From: Octopus sinensis
Lineage: Eukaryota
Length of the DNA stretch: 64,000 nt
Assembly (NCBI RefSeq): GCF_006345805.1
Contig: NC_042999.1
Span: 56,358,001 to 56,422,000 of the forward strand
Reading direction: 5' to 3'
Positions 34,753 through 47,959 of the stretch are shown here, in pieces (position 1 is the stretch's first letter; each line of letters opens with the position of its first letter). The notes under the pieces were generated by a model. It saw only the letters and a program-made list of their open reading frames with translations, was not told where the DNA came from and did no database searches. A program made the position numbers and the translations under genes.

Positions 34753-36147
34753 GGTACTTCATCGCCCAGTTTAACATCATTACTGGGTCTTTTGGTGCCT
34801 TTAGCAGGAGTCACTCTGTAGCCAGCAGGTATCTGATACCTTGCTATTAGATCTCTGATTAGATCTCCATCTGAAGAATGCAACAGTAGCAAGCTATGAC
34901 TGTTTCTACTTCCTTTCTTTCATCAATCTCAGAATCCCCTACACAAAGGCTGTCATGGACAAGAAAAAAAAATGCAGGGGCAACAGAATGAATAGAAGAA
35001 GTGTAAACCCTGCAAATTGCAGCAGAGGCAACCTTTCTAACCTCCCAACTAAAAACTGACAAAATATAGAAAGCCCTCTAAATGCCCTTTAAGCAGACAA
35101 CCTATTCTGGTGTTGGTGGTATGATAAAGTGGGATCTTTGTGGTTTTTGTCACTGTTTACAATTAACTTTAAAAAACCTTTTAAATGTATCATATAGATG
35201 TAATTTTCGATGCTGAATCCAAATTTATTATTCCTTTATTCTAGAAAAATTTAGCAAAAATGTTGCAAGTGTTCAAAGTTTGAGAATTTTCAACCAATCA
35301 GAAAACAATACGTGTGCAGCCTCTTCCATCATCAGGAGGGGGGGAGGCAACATCAGCATGTCAAAACATTAAACTGGGATTTTATAAAATATATTATCTT
35401 TCTCATATCCCCTTCTCCTTGTGCACATGCATAGCATCCTTGATTACTATGAAAACAGTTCTTTGCAATCAGCTATGCAATACGTGGTGTGCTTTTGTTT
35501 TGGTTACTATGATAATGGAAATTTTTGCCATGGTTACATGTAAAATACTCGCTTCTAATTGTCCAAAATATCCAAATTTTGCAAATTTTAAAGTCTCCGA
35601 TCTGATCTGGCAAGGTTTCTACAGCTAAGTGCCTTTCCTAGCACCAAACTCTCCAAGAGTGTAGTGGGTACTTTTTACATGCCACCAGTACAAGAGCCAG
35701 TCAGGCAGCACTGGCAATAACCACACTCAAATGGTGCTTTTGCATGTGTATGTATATACACACACACAAGCAAATTCAATTTATTGAATTTATTCACAAT
35801 GACATTCCCTTCAATAACACCAAGTTTTTTCTCCCTACTCATCTGCCACTCCTTTTGTTATTATTTTCCTTAACAAATTTAGACATTTACCCACTCCCAT
35901 ATATATTTTTTCTTCGAAAATAAGCTTTCCCTTTTCTTCTCTCACTCTGTGCTTCCCACACATTTTCAATCGAATCTCCTGTGAATCTCCCTTCATTTGA
36001 CTAAGGTATTGTGTGCCTCGAGTATAGCTAGTGGAGTAGACCCCTCATTTTGGGTAATTACTATTTCTAAGGCTCTGCTGGGAAACATATGTAGCCTGGA
36101 TTTTATTTACTCCATTCTCTAAATTTGTATATATATATATATATATA

Positions 36148-36513
36148 CTCTTTTATTCTTTTACTTGTTTCAGTCATTTGACTGCGGCCATGCTGGAGCA
36201 TCGCCTTTAATCGAGCAACTCGACCCCGGGTCTTATTCTTTGTATGCCCAGTACTTATTCTATCGGTCTCTTTTGCCGAACAGCAGCATCGGTTGTCAAG
36301 CGATGTTGGATGGGACAAACACACACACACACACACATATACATATATATGATGGGCTTCTTTCAGTTTCGGTGTACCAAATCCACTCACAAGGCTTTGG
36401 TCGGCCTGAGGCTATAGTAGAAGACACTTGCCCAAGGTGCCACGCAGTAGGACTGAACCCGGAACCATGTGGTTGGTAAACAAGCTACTTACCACACAGC
36501 CACTCCTGCGCCT
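36148..36513 (-). mobile_element. tRNA-headed SINE (family A)
   Basis: Full-length reverse-complement copy. An oppositely oriented family A tail follows at ~36560-36725. Confidence 0.8.
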
Positions 36514-38309
36514 ATATATATATATATATATATATATGTGCTCTATGCTCACCATGTGGGAATGTATGTGTGTGTTTGTCCTCCACTGCTTGATAATTGG
36601 TGTTGGTTTGTTTACATCACTGTAACTAGCAGTTCAGCAAAAAAGATTGATAAAAGAGGAACCAGATATAACCTTTCAGGGTCATGCTCCAGCATGGTCA
36701 CAATCCAATAACTGAGACAAGAAGAAAATAAGAGATAATCTAAGACTACATTATCCAATATTCCATTCCTTTATTTAGAGAAAGTAGGATTTAGTTTGAA
36801 AGAGATTTAACATCTATTTCTAGCACATACCTAGAGCCTTCCTTTTTATCTCAAATCACTCACGTGTAAACTGTAACAATGCGTTTTATATTAAAGAGAA
36901 GAAACAAAAATGCTTATCCAAGAATGAACTGAAGCAGAAAATAGAAAACACATGTTTGACTTTGGCAACAAAAAGAAATGTTAAGAGTGTCTTGAACATT
37001 GCCCTGTGTTCCTCACAATAAAAACAGAATTGGTAAATGAAGGCAACCCTAATTGTAGAGGATGTCTACTAAAGATAGTTTATTTGTGTTAAATATATAT
37101 ATATATATATAGATAGATATATATATATATGTGTGTGTGTGTTTATTTCTCTATTTAGGTAAGTATAGCGAGGTTATTTAAGAAGAGGGAGAAATAAATC
37201 TGGGCCAAATACTTGTTGTGTGGGAATGTTTATGTCTGTCTGTCTGTCTGTATGCCTGTACACACACACACACACATGCACATACACACACACACACATA
37301 CATATGTACATGTCTTTTATGTTCAGTTGTAATAAAAACAAATTACATTAATTTGATGGGTTGTTGTGTACTTTTGTGGAGTGCAAATTTATTATCGTTA
37401 AACAAGAATACTATTGACAGTGACTTCAAAGTCAAGTCAGGCAAGCCGTTGTCTGATGATGGCTTAATATGTAACCCATCTTAATATATAACTCAACATA
37501 AAAGCAAACATACATACATACATACATACATACAAATATATACACACACATATACATATAGATACACACACCAAAGAATAAATCTTGGGGTCAATTTGCA
37601 CGGCTAAAGATGGTGCTCCAGCATGGCCACAGTCAAATGACTGAAAAGAGTAAAAGAGAGTAACTTAGCTGAACCGCTAAGTTACAGGGACATAAACACA
37701 CCACTATTGGTATGTGTGTATGTATGTATGTATGTGTGTATGTGTGTATGTATGTGTGTATGTGTGTGTATGTATGTATGTGTGTATGTGTGTGTATGTA
37801 TGTATATGTGTGTGTATATGCATATTCAATACATGTGGAGAGTGAGAGATATGGCTGTGTGCTTCAGAAGTTTACTTCCCAGCCACTAACTAAAAATAAA
37901 TCTATTGATTAATATGATCGTTAATTCCAATATTCCAGCAAGTTACATGTTTAAAATCACCAGAGAAAGCTTTGGTAAGACACACCAACTACTGACAAAA
38001 TTGAATCAGTATTTCAAAATATTCCAACAGGGTAGCTTCAATCTTGCAAACCTTAAATGGCCAGGAGGTCACACATTCTCCTCTTAGCTAGGACATAGCA
38101 CACCATGGGTGCAAACAAGAAGAACCTCATGATACTTCAATCTTATTCAGCATATCAGTCTCTTGAAAGATGTTCTGATGTCTAGCCACTGACCTGGTAG
38201 ACATCTACAAGATCATCCACCATCTTTCCAACAGCAACCTTGGGCACCATTCTGAATTTTTATGTCTAACACTTGTGGACATGCTTACAAAACCAGAAAA
38301 ACAACACAC

Positions 38310-38719
38310 TCTCTTTTACTCTTTTACTTGTTTCAGTCATCTGACTGTGGCCATGCTGGAGCACCACCTTTAGCCGAGCAAATTGACCCCCAAGACTTAT
38401 TCTTTGGAAGCCTAGTACTTATTCTACCGGTCTCTTTTGCCGAACTGCTAAGTTACAGGGACGGAAACACACCACCATCGGTTGTCAAGCGATGTTGGGG
38501 GGACAAACACAGACACACAAACATGGATATATATATATATACATATACATATATACGACGGGCTTCTTTCAGTTTCTACATACCAAATCCACTCACAAGG
38601 CTTTGGTGGGCCCGAGGCTATAGTAGAAGACACTCGCCCAAGGTGCCACGCAATGGGACTGAACCCGGAACCATGTGGTTGGTAAGCAAGCTACTTACTA
38701 CACAGCCACTCCTGCGCCT
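38310..38719 (-). mobile_element. tRNA-headed SINE (family A)
   Basis: Near-complete reverse-complement copy. Confidence 0.8.
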
Positions 38720-39000
38720 ACTCATGATTTTTGGAATAATTTTTTACACTCAGAATTTCTGGAGCATGGAATAAACTTTCCATATCAGTTGTTAGCTTTT
38801 GGGACACTACGTCCTTCAAAACTGCTACACTTCCTTAATTTGCCAACAATGCACCTGATATCTAACCCCCTTTTTTAAACAACTCTTTGACTGTTCACTT
38901 CCAGTGCATTATTCTATGCACTGTTCATGCCTTTTGGCAACTTTTTCTGATGAGCTGTCATGCACCAGAGCACTGTATACAATAAGTTCAATATTATTAT

Positions 39001-39746
39001 TATTATTACCTCTGCTTTAGGAAAGGCAGAGGTATTGTTTTTAGTCATGTTTGTTTGTCTGTGGACAAGTTATCTCAAGAACTGCTGGATGGATTTGGAT
39101 GAAGCTTTCAGGGATGTTTGGCTTCGAGACTGGCACAAACTGATTAGATTTGGGGATTGACCTAGTACTGGACAAGAATTCTGGAATATTTTTCCTGTTT
39201 TTTTTTTCCACTTAATTTTTGAGATCAGTTGGGTTCATTTTTAGTATTCTCGTTTGTGAGAGCAGTCAAGTTTATTTCAGATATTCTCATTTTAAAAATA
39301 ATCTCCAGCTAATCGTTGAGAGGACGTTGGTGTTGCCTAGGCAGAGGTTTGCACTCTCTGGGTGCTCTTGTTATTATTATTATTACTTCCACCTTAGTGA
39401 AGGCGGCAGTATTGTTTTCAGTTGTGTTTGTTTGTCAATGGACAGGAAATTTCAAGAACTGTTGGATGGATTCAGATGAAATTTTCAGGGATGCTTGGTC
39501 TCGTGATTGGGACAAACTGATTAGATTTTGGGATCCATCCGGTACCAGACAAGGATTCTGGAATATTTTTCCTGTTTTTTTTTTGCTTAATTTTTGAGAA
39601 CAGTTGGGTCCATTTTTAATATTCTCATTTGTGAAAGCAGTCGAGTTTATTTTAGATATTCTCATTTTAAGAGTCATCTCTGGCTAATCTTTTAGAGGAT
39701 GTTGACATTGCCTTGGCAGAGGTTTGCACTCTCTGAGTGCTCTTAT
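39001..39746 (+). mobile_element. Two tandem Helentron-type non-autonomous (HINE/DINE-1-like) elements
   Basis: Each ~370-bp unit has a 5' subterminal IR (acctctgctttagg), a 3' subterminal IR (cctaggcagaggt / ccttggcagaggt), a 3' hairpin gcactctctgagtgc, and T-rich ends. Confidence 0.7.
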
Positions 39747-40318
39747 TATTATTATATGAAATAAAATGGTTTGCTATCCAACAAGCAACAACAATATATT
39801 GGTAATGTGGCAGAGACTGGTAATGATGACACTAGTCAATGAAAATAATCAAAGAGATATACATACTGGATGGGACAGAATATGAAAATATCAATAATAA
39901 ATAAGTCCACAAAATAAGCCTTGGTTTGATTAAACCTTTTCTTAACAAATTTCTGTTGAAATACATAACTTCAAAAATAATGAAGTTTGTAAAGTAAATT
40001 TGCCATTTTTAAATTGATGCTTGGAACATAAATTATCATGAAATACAACATCTCAAGAATCATCTTCATTTCATCCTAAATCTTCCTTGGTCTATCTTTT
40101 CAACAGGTTTTATTTGTTTTGAACATGCAGCACATGCGCACACGACAAACACATACACACACAAAAGTAAAAAAATAACTGAAATAATAACAATACAAAT
40201 TAGATTCCGGAAAGAAAAAATATAAAATGAAATTCTACAAAATTTTGTTTGGGTTAATTTTAAAGGATAAATTGTACATTTATTGAAAAACGAAAAAAAA
40301 TGACTAGAATATGCTCAC

Positions 40319-40741
40319 CTTAACAATATCAAAGAGTCCAAGACGAGCAGCCAAAAATATCGGTGGATGGTCCTGACTACCAATATTAACATCACAGCCA
40401 TGTTTTATGAGATTCTCCACAACAGTTTTATCTTTAGATTTAATAGCAGCATATAATGGAGTCATGCCTATATTATCACGAACTTGAACACAAGCAGATG
40501 CCTCTAATAACAGAAGGCAAACATCCGTCTGGGCAGACTCTGCTGCCACAAATAGAGGAGTCTGTTGAGTACGTTTGTTCGGTTGTTCCAAACAAACCCC
40601 GGCATCCAGGAGAAGTTGACATACTTCGTAGTGTCCATGTTTAGCAGCGTATACCAAAGGTGTGTTGCCGTCCTCATCGTAATCGCATTGGTAACAGTGA
40701 CGGCCACACTGAAGACACAGCATTACTTGGGGACGTAATTC
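40319..40741 (-). CDS. ASB-like gene, coding exon 2 (several ankyrin repeats)
   Basis: Acceptor gtttcag|GAA and donor AAG|gtgagc (phase 0-0). Contains repeats GNTPLVYAAKHGH, QTPLFVAA, GMTPLYAAI and HPPIFLAARLG. Confidence 0.95.
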
Positions 40742-41821
40742 CTGAAACATACATAAAATTGTACTATAATAATGCATGCATATACATACACAAATGCACA
40801 TAAATATACTTATTTTTTAAGAAAACAGAGATATAATTAAATTAATAATCATTTATTTATCATAAAATAAGACATTATCTCTTATCATCATCATCATTGT
40901 TTAACGTCTGTTTTCCATGCTGGCATGGGTTGGATGGGTCAACTGGGGTCTGGCAAGCCAGGAAGCTGCACCAGGCTTTTGTCTATTGTGCTATTGCTGA
41001 TAACTCCGCAAGATAAGGACTTCATAACATCTACCTTGATGGTAACTTGAATTTGTATTATATACCGCATAACTGACAACTGAGATACTTGTACTACAAA
41101 TCTACTACTAATGACTGACTTTGACTTCATAGTGGCTATGTCATACCATTTTGCCACATGGGAAGAGGTGTACCATTTCACTACAACAGTAAATATGGTA
41201 AATGAATTAGAAGAAGATTAACACAAACCACCTAACCATCAAATTACATGTGAATATATAAAGTACATAAAGAGAGATGTTTGTGTCTTTGAGTATAAGA
41301 GACTTTAGCCATGCTTGTTTCACTAACCTGGTCTACTTGTTTTGGTTTAATTTCTTTTTCTGGAGTCATCAGACTCGTATTAGTGTTTACTTGGCTTCCA
41401 TGGTGTGTAATAAATTAGTAGAACATAACATGAACCCAGAACAAAAGGAGCTGCAGAAAATGCTGCTAAGCATTTTGTCTACTACCAACTCTGCCAGCTC
41501 CCTCCCCCACCTTGGTCTGTTACAGTTAATAGGATACTTATGTCCAGATTAACAGATCTTTACAGATTAAAGTGTTTGTAGGGGTGGAAACTGGGTCAAC
41601 AGACCATTGGCAACAATGCCTTGCACTATTTGCTCTGAATCAATGTGTTTTGAGTTCAAATCACAAAGAGGTCAACTTTGCTTTCATCCTTTCCCTGTTT
41701 CCTTCTCCAGCCATGCCAGGCCCTTGGGTTGATCTAATCGAATGGACTTTCACAAGAAACCAGCTGGCACCAAAGGACAGCAGGACTGAAATTATGTAAA
41801 AGTGGAAGATACTGTACATAC

Positions 41822-42055
41822 CAAAAGAGGTTGCATCAGGAGATATTGTACGATCTTTGTAAATCCATAATAACAGCTGATACACAGTGGAGTCCATCCT
41901 GCCGAAGAGCAGTTTACATCAGCACCAGCCTCTACGAGAGATTTCACTGCAGCATAGTCGTTATTAGTGACAGCCTTCAGGAAATTTTTGTCAAAATTGC
42001 TTAAATGACAGATGGCACTTTCTAGTTTCTTGCACTTCACCCAGGAACAGTCCAT
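41822..42055 (-). CDS. ASB-like gene, coding exon 1 (exon boundary 42066; first in-exon ATG 42055)
   Basis: Acceptor tttttattttcag|GATG at 42066 and donor TTG|gtatgt. Encodes ...LVEAGADVNCSSAGWTPLCISCYYGFTKIVQYLL (ankyrin). The frame stays open upstream of the ATG. Confidence 0.9.
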
Positions 42056-43148
42056 TCCAACACATCCTGAAAATAAAAACAAAGAAAAAGGGCATCTTCC
42101 TTAAAAAATTAAAGTTCAAAATACAGTTTAGGAAATTTGCTTTCCAACCCCATGGTTCCAGGTTCAGTCCCACTGCATGACACCTTGGTCAAGTGTCTTC
42201 TACTATAGCAGTGTTTCCCAACCAATTTCCCCCCAGGCCCCATTTAACTTTCCAGGAAAATATATTCCCCAGCAGTGGTCGGAAAACAGCAATTTTATTT
42301 CTAATATTTATCACAATTATTTAATACAAAAGAATCTATTGGTAATTATTTTAAGTACTGAATACAAAAAAAATGTACATTATTGACTAAGCAAAGTAAA
42401 AGAATGACTTTTATGAGAACCTTGTGTCTGGCAACTACGGCACCATGCCTTATAACAATTGTCCTAGACCCCACCAGGAATCACTGTGCTATAGCCTTGT
42501 GCCAACCAAAGCCTTGTGAGTGGATTTGGTAGACGGAAACTGAATGAAAGCCATTGTGTGTGTGTGTCTTTTTGTGTTTGTTTCCCACCCCCACTTAACA
42601 GGTGTAGGTGTGTTTATGTCCCCCATAACTTAGCGGTGTGGTCAGATGAACCAATAAAATATGAACCAAACTTTAAAAACATTTAGTAGTGGGTTTGATT
42701 CATTCATCTAAAATTTCTTCAAGAGGTGCCCCAGCATGGCCATGGTCTAATGTCTGAAGCAAACAAGCAAAAGATGAGAGATAAAAAGAATCAAAATACA
42801 ACTTCTTTATTTCAATCTTCTCACCTACATTTCCACACCACTCCTATAATTGAATTAGTGAAGTTTACTTAATTAAAACACATTAAAAGCCACTTCAATT
42901 ACAGCTAATGGAATACTTATGTCCAGATTAACAGCTCTTTACAGATTAAAGTGTTACTAAAATTTAAAAAAAAACACTGTAAGAATAAAACAGAAAGAAA
43001 TTAAGTTAAGTGTTGAATGTTTTGTAACAAAACTTGTTGGATATCTGCAACTTATGACTAAATTTAACATAAGATTAAAATGTGAGTATGTGTGTGGACA
43101 TGTGCTTTACACAAATGTTAAGAGTTGTTCCTCTATTATATATTTTAA

Positions 43149-43369
43149 CCCTTTTCTTACCATATTTCTGTTGAGATGCTCTGTGTTTCTTTCGATTAAT
43201 TTTAAATATAACAAAGAATTTAGAAAATAACTTAGTTATCATTAAGCTAGTGTTAGGAACATAAATTGTGACTAAGGTTTGGTGGAGGATTTTAATTCAG
43301 AACTTAGGAAAACAAGACATTTGTACTACAGAGCCAGAAGCGGTTTCAGCTGGGTTGTTAACGAAAGGG
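43149..43369. mobile_element. piggyBac-type MITE
   Basis: TTAA|ccctttt...cgaaaggg|TTAA. Confidence 0.75.
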
Positions 43370-46300
43370 TTAAGGTTCTTCCACAACTTGTGATATATAA
43401 TCCATGAATCCATAAAGTAGAGTGGATTATAATAAGATGGGCATCCAGCTATAAAATGGATGCTGGTAAGAAGAGCATCCAGCTTGTAAAGCCATAGAAA
43501 AAGAAGAAAAAAAAGAGAAAAAATTGAACAAATGAACAAAAGAAACATAGTTCCATAAGCTGCAGAGGCAACCTATGTAGAAGAATGGTGACTCTGAAAT
43601 TAAGGAAAGGGAAGACTTTAATTATGTCACCATCACCAGAGATGGTTTCTAAAGGAACATGACAACAAGCGATGAGATGGTAGGACAGTGTGGAAAAACA
43701 AAAGCAAGATGTTGATGTCTATGTGTGTGTATGTGCATGTACACACATGTGTGTGTGTACACTTGATCAATGTCTAAGCCAAACGTATATGAGTAAAATT
43801 TGCATGACTAAATAAATGATTATTCAAATAATAATGATGATTATGAAAAAGAAAGTGAACAAAATGAAATACTTAAGGAAAATATTGCATAGAATTTGAG
43901 AAGTGTTTTCAACATCTTTCAGTGATGGCAGGCAAATCAAACGTACTGTAGTTCGTTGTAGGATATAAATAATATGACCACTTGCTTATCGGGAAATTTG
44001 TAAGTTAGACTTTTTATAAATTAAAAATTTTTTTCAAGTATCACCATTATAAGTATTTGTATTCTAGTGAAATTAAGAAATCAACTCATAAATAAATGAA
44101 ACCTTCGCTGTACACACACACAGTTGCATATCTATGTCTGTATTTATTTATGTATGTACCTACATGTGTCTATGTGCAAAGGTACACCATGATCTATACA
44201 CACGCAGATGAGGGTTGATTCTTATGAAAAAGGAAGTGAACAAAATGAAATACTTAGAGAAAATATTGCATAGAATTTAAGAAATGTTTCACCATTATAG
44301 ACATTTATACTCCAGTGAAATAAAGAAATCAACTCGTAAATAAATGAAGTCCTCAAATCCATCACTGCACACACACTCACACGCACACACACAGAGTCAC
44401 ATATCTATGTATGTATTTATTGGATAATAAAATGAATGGGTTACACCTGGTAGCTTAATGGAAAAGCACGGTTACTTTCACAGTGTTTGTTATGTATATG
44501 GCAAATGAAACACAGGAGATGGAATATATAAGAATATATTTATCACGTCAATTGTTTCAAAACATCTAACATTGATCCCTCATGGGTAGGATACTTTACA
44601 ACTGGTTTCAGGAGTACCCAGAAGTGCAGATGTATCTTGTCGGATGATAAATAGATACAACTTGTTAAAATAACAGTTCGCAATGTAACTTCTCGTTTTG
44701 TAGAAAGAAAAACAGTCAGACAGGAGGAAATATCTTCATTTATATAGATCAAAAATAAAATCATGGATGGAAAAAAAGAGAAACAAACACGCAATCCAGC
44801 AAGAAAAGTATTGAAAATAACTGTTAACAAATATGGATGTATAAAGGCCCTCGGGCAAGCTGTATGGCACGAGTACACTTGCTCATACAAGCAGCCACTA
44901 ACAATGTGAGTGTACGCACACATGAGGTTTGGTCTACTTATGATCACAAAGTGAGTTAACTATCTGCTTGGTGTTTGTAAGAATGGTGAGGTTAAAAGTA
45001 AACTTAAGTCATCCATACCTTAAAGTAAATTCCCACTGCAGTGTGCCAAAGTACATTTGTATGTGTGTAGGCATCTCAAGAGTCTTTCAGAAATTTTATT
45101 AATGATCTTCTCATTAGTCTACAGAATAAACAGGGATTCCTCGGAGCAGAAGCAGCATCTCCCGGAAATTATATTGTATGGTTTCATGTGCCTTACTATG
45201 GACCAAGTTATGCTGTACTTCATTTTATCCTTCAGTCGCCGTACAAAATCGGCCAAAGATGTTGAATGTATCTTATTGATTGTCTTAAAGCTGGCAACAT
45301 GCTTACGATAACGATTCTTAAATGAATCAGCTGTCTGCCTAATGTAAACATATATCTGGCTGTTTTCTTTCTAAAAAATGAGAATTAACATTGCGGAGCT
45401 GTAATTTTAACCAGTTGTATCTATTTATCACCCAACGAGATACATCTGCACCACCGGATGCCCCTGAACCAATTGTTGAGTATCCCACACATGAGGGATC
45501 GATGTTGAATCAAATGTAGTGTTAAATAAATTCTCATATATTCCATCTTCCGTCTTTCATTTGCCATATGTATGTATTTATGTATGTATGTACCCACATG
45601 TGCATAGGTACACCATGATCTATACACACGCATACATCATCATCATCATCATCATCATTTAGCGTCCGTTTTCCATGCTAGCATGGGTTATATATAGTGT
45701 ACTGTTCCGTGATGGTAAAATGAACAAAAGTACTCCATCTGGTGAGAGATAAATATTATTTAATAGACATAGTACATGTTTTTATGTGTTAGTAATAGAT
45801 TCTTGTGCTGAGAACATGCCAAGATGATGCATACCCTGCGTGCACATAAATACTTTTGCAAAAAATCTGCAGTCAAAACATTTTGATTCACCCTTCCACC
45901 AGTTTTGAAGATAATCAAACCAAATTTTCATCATTTTCAGCCACTCACCCAATGAGTATTTCTGCCAAATTTAGTGAAAATTTGTTCATCTATTTTCCAG
46001 TAATTTTGCAAACACACAGACAAATAGTGATTACAATACCCTGCTTTCACTTAAGCATGCAGAGTAATAAAAACGCTTTGTCATATTTATTGCAACCATG
46101 TGACACAGACGTTCCTTTGTCATTTTCACCATTGGTAATCCAGTGAACCACTGATTGGTTCATTTGAAATCCTCCAACCAATGACGTTAAAGAACATGGT
46201 ATGGTTGGCCTCTTTCACAACTGGCTGGCAGTATTGCAGACACTATGATTTAACCAACTTTGCTGTGCCAGATGCAAGCGCTTAGCCCACATACATTTTT

Positions 46301-46599
46301 TCTCTCATGGATACTTCATGACGGAAAGACAAGTCATGATATAGAAGAAACAGGACAGCGATATAAATAGTATTCTAATGTCAGAGAAATTCATTGTTCA
46401 GTTACATAATTAAGCAGTTGATCAGAAATATTACTTTGAAGGAAAAGAAACTACAGTCTATATGGAAACTGCCAAACCACCATTTACTTATAACTTTATA
46501 CACACAAATATATGTATGTATGTATGTAACATATGGTATAATTATAAATAGGGCAAATTTTAGCCATTTCTCTGCAGACTGAAAAAAAAATAACGAACA

Positions 46600-46642
46600 A
46601 CTTTAATTGATTTTCAAACCTTTTTGGATTCTCATCAGAGGT
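46600..46642 (-). ncRNA. Decayed hammerhead ribozyme motif (UUA site)
   Basis: Minus strand reads ACCT CTGATGA GAATCC AAAAA GGTTT GAAA A TCAA T TA AAGT. Single substitutions restore stem I and the palindrome AATCGATT. Confidence 0.45.
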
Positions 46643-47652
46643 GTCTACATCATTCTGACAGTCTCCAGAGAAACAAGCACCCAACTGTTTATATACTCAA
46701 CAAATGCAGCAGTTACTCTATGAAGGAGTCCCTAATATGCATACCGAAAGTGTTTAACACTCGATAAATACCAGTTCATTTATTTGTTCCAGTCATTAGA
46801 CTGCAGCCATGCTGGAGCACCAACTTGAAGGGTTTAGATGAATATATCACCCCCAATACTATTTTTTTATTTTTTAAAGCTTCATATCTATTTTATCAGT
46901 CTCTGTTTGCCAAACCAACACCAGTTTTAAGCAGTTGTAGGTCACACACACAACAGGCTTCTTTTAGCACCTGTCCCCCAAATCCATCCACAAAGCTGTG
47001 GTTGGACTGAATCTGTAATAGAAGACACTTGCCTAAGGATCTACAGTGGGACTGGTATACATTGCTTGGAAGAATACTTTAAAATGTTTTTTTTTTCTTC
47101 ATGTGAAGGACCCAGTTTTTACTGGCTGTTCACATAAACTATTTTCTGTTTAGGAAACCACATTGCTATTGAAGTCTTCTATATAAGGTTATATAAGTCT
47201 ATCACCAGAAATGTAGGTCAACAGTATGTCAGGAAGTTTTAATCAATTTTATATTGAATGAACATAAATGTAAGAAAATAAAATATTGTTCGGTAGTACT
47301 TCACTGGTTCATAATTGATCAAAGAATAGAATGAATACCATTGACAATGATGACATCACTGCTATCGGCTGTGATGGCTACAAGGCTGCGGAATTGAATG
47401 AAATGATTACATGGTGGCAAGTTCAAATCTTAGCATAACCATTGTTACAATGCTTTCTTTTTCTTTGTCCAAAAGACACTAGAATGCTTTGTTCTGTTGA
47501 CCTCTGGAGACCCAATTCAATTGGGATAATTAACCACACATAAAGCATCTGTTATTCTTGGATTTCATGAGAGCCAATCCTATTATTGAACATCCATTAA
47601 TAAATAATGAAGTATGGCATTCACAATTGATTTATCTTTATAAGAGCATAAC

Positions 47653-47713
<61 letters not shown>

Positions 47714-47921
47714 TGTGTGTGTATGTGTGTGTGTGTGTGTGTGTATTTGGCTTTTACAACTTTGCTATAATGCTGCAGATATTCGTCTATGTTATTAAGA
47801 AGGTTCACTTGCCAACAACGTTTTCAATCCTGCTGTGTGGTGCCTTGGACAAGTGTCTTATACTATAAACTCAGGATGACCATGTGGCTTTTATAAATGG
47901 AAAGTGAAAGAAAGCTATACA

Positions 47922-47959
<38 letters not shown>

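Noticed and set aside
34850-34970. Possible extra minus-strand exon (acceptor-like gacag, ORF 34859-35062)
   Set aside because: All frames close before a donor, and exons 2 and 3 already join in frame.
40939-41181. 80-aa minus-strand ORF in intron 1
   Set aside because: No domain similarity was recognised, there are no compatible splice sites, and it ends in a family B repeat.
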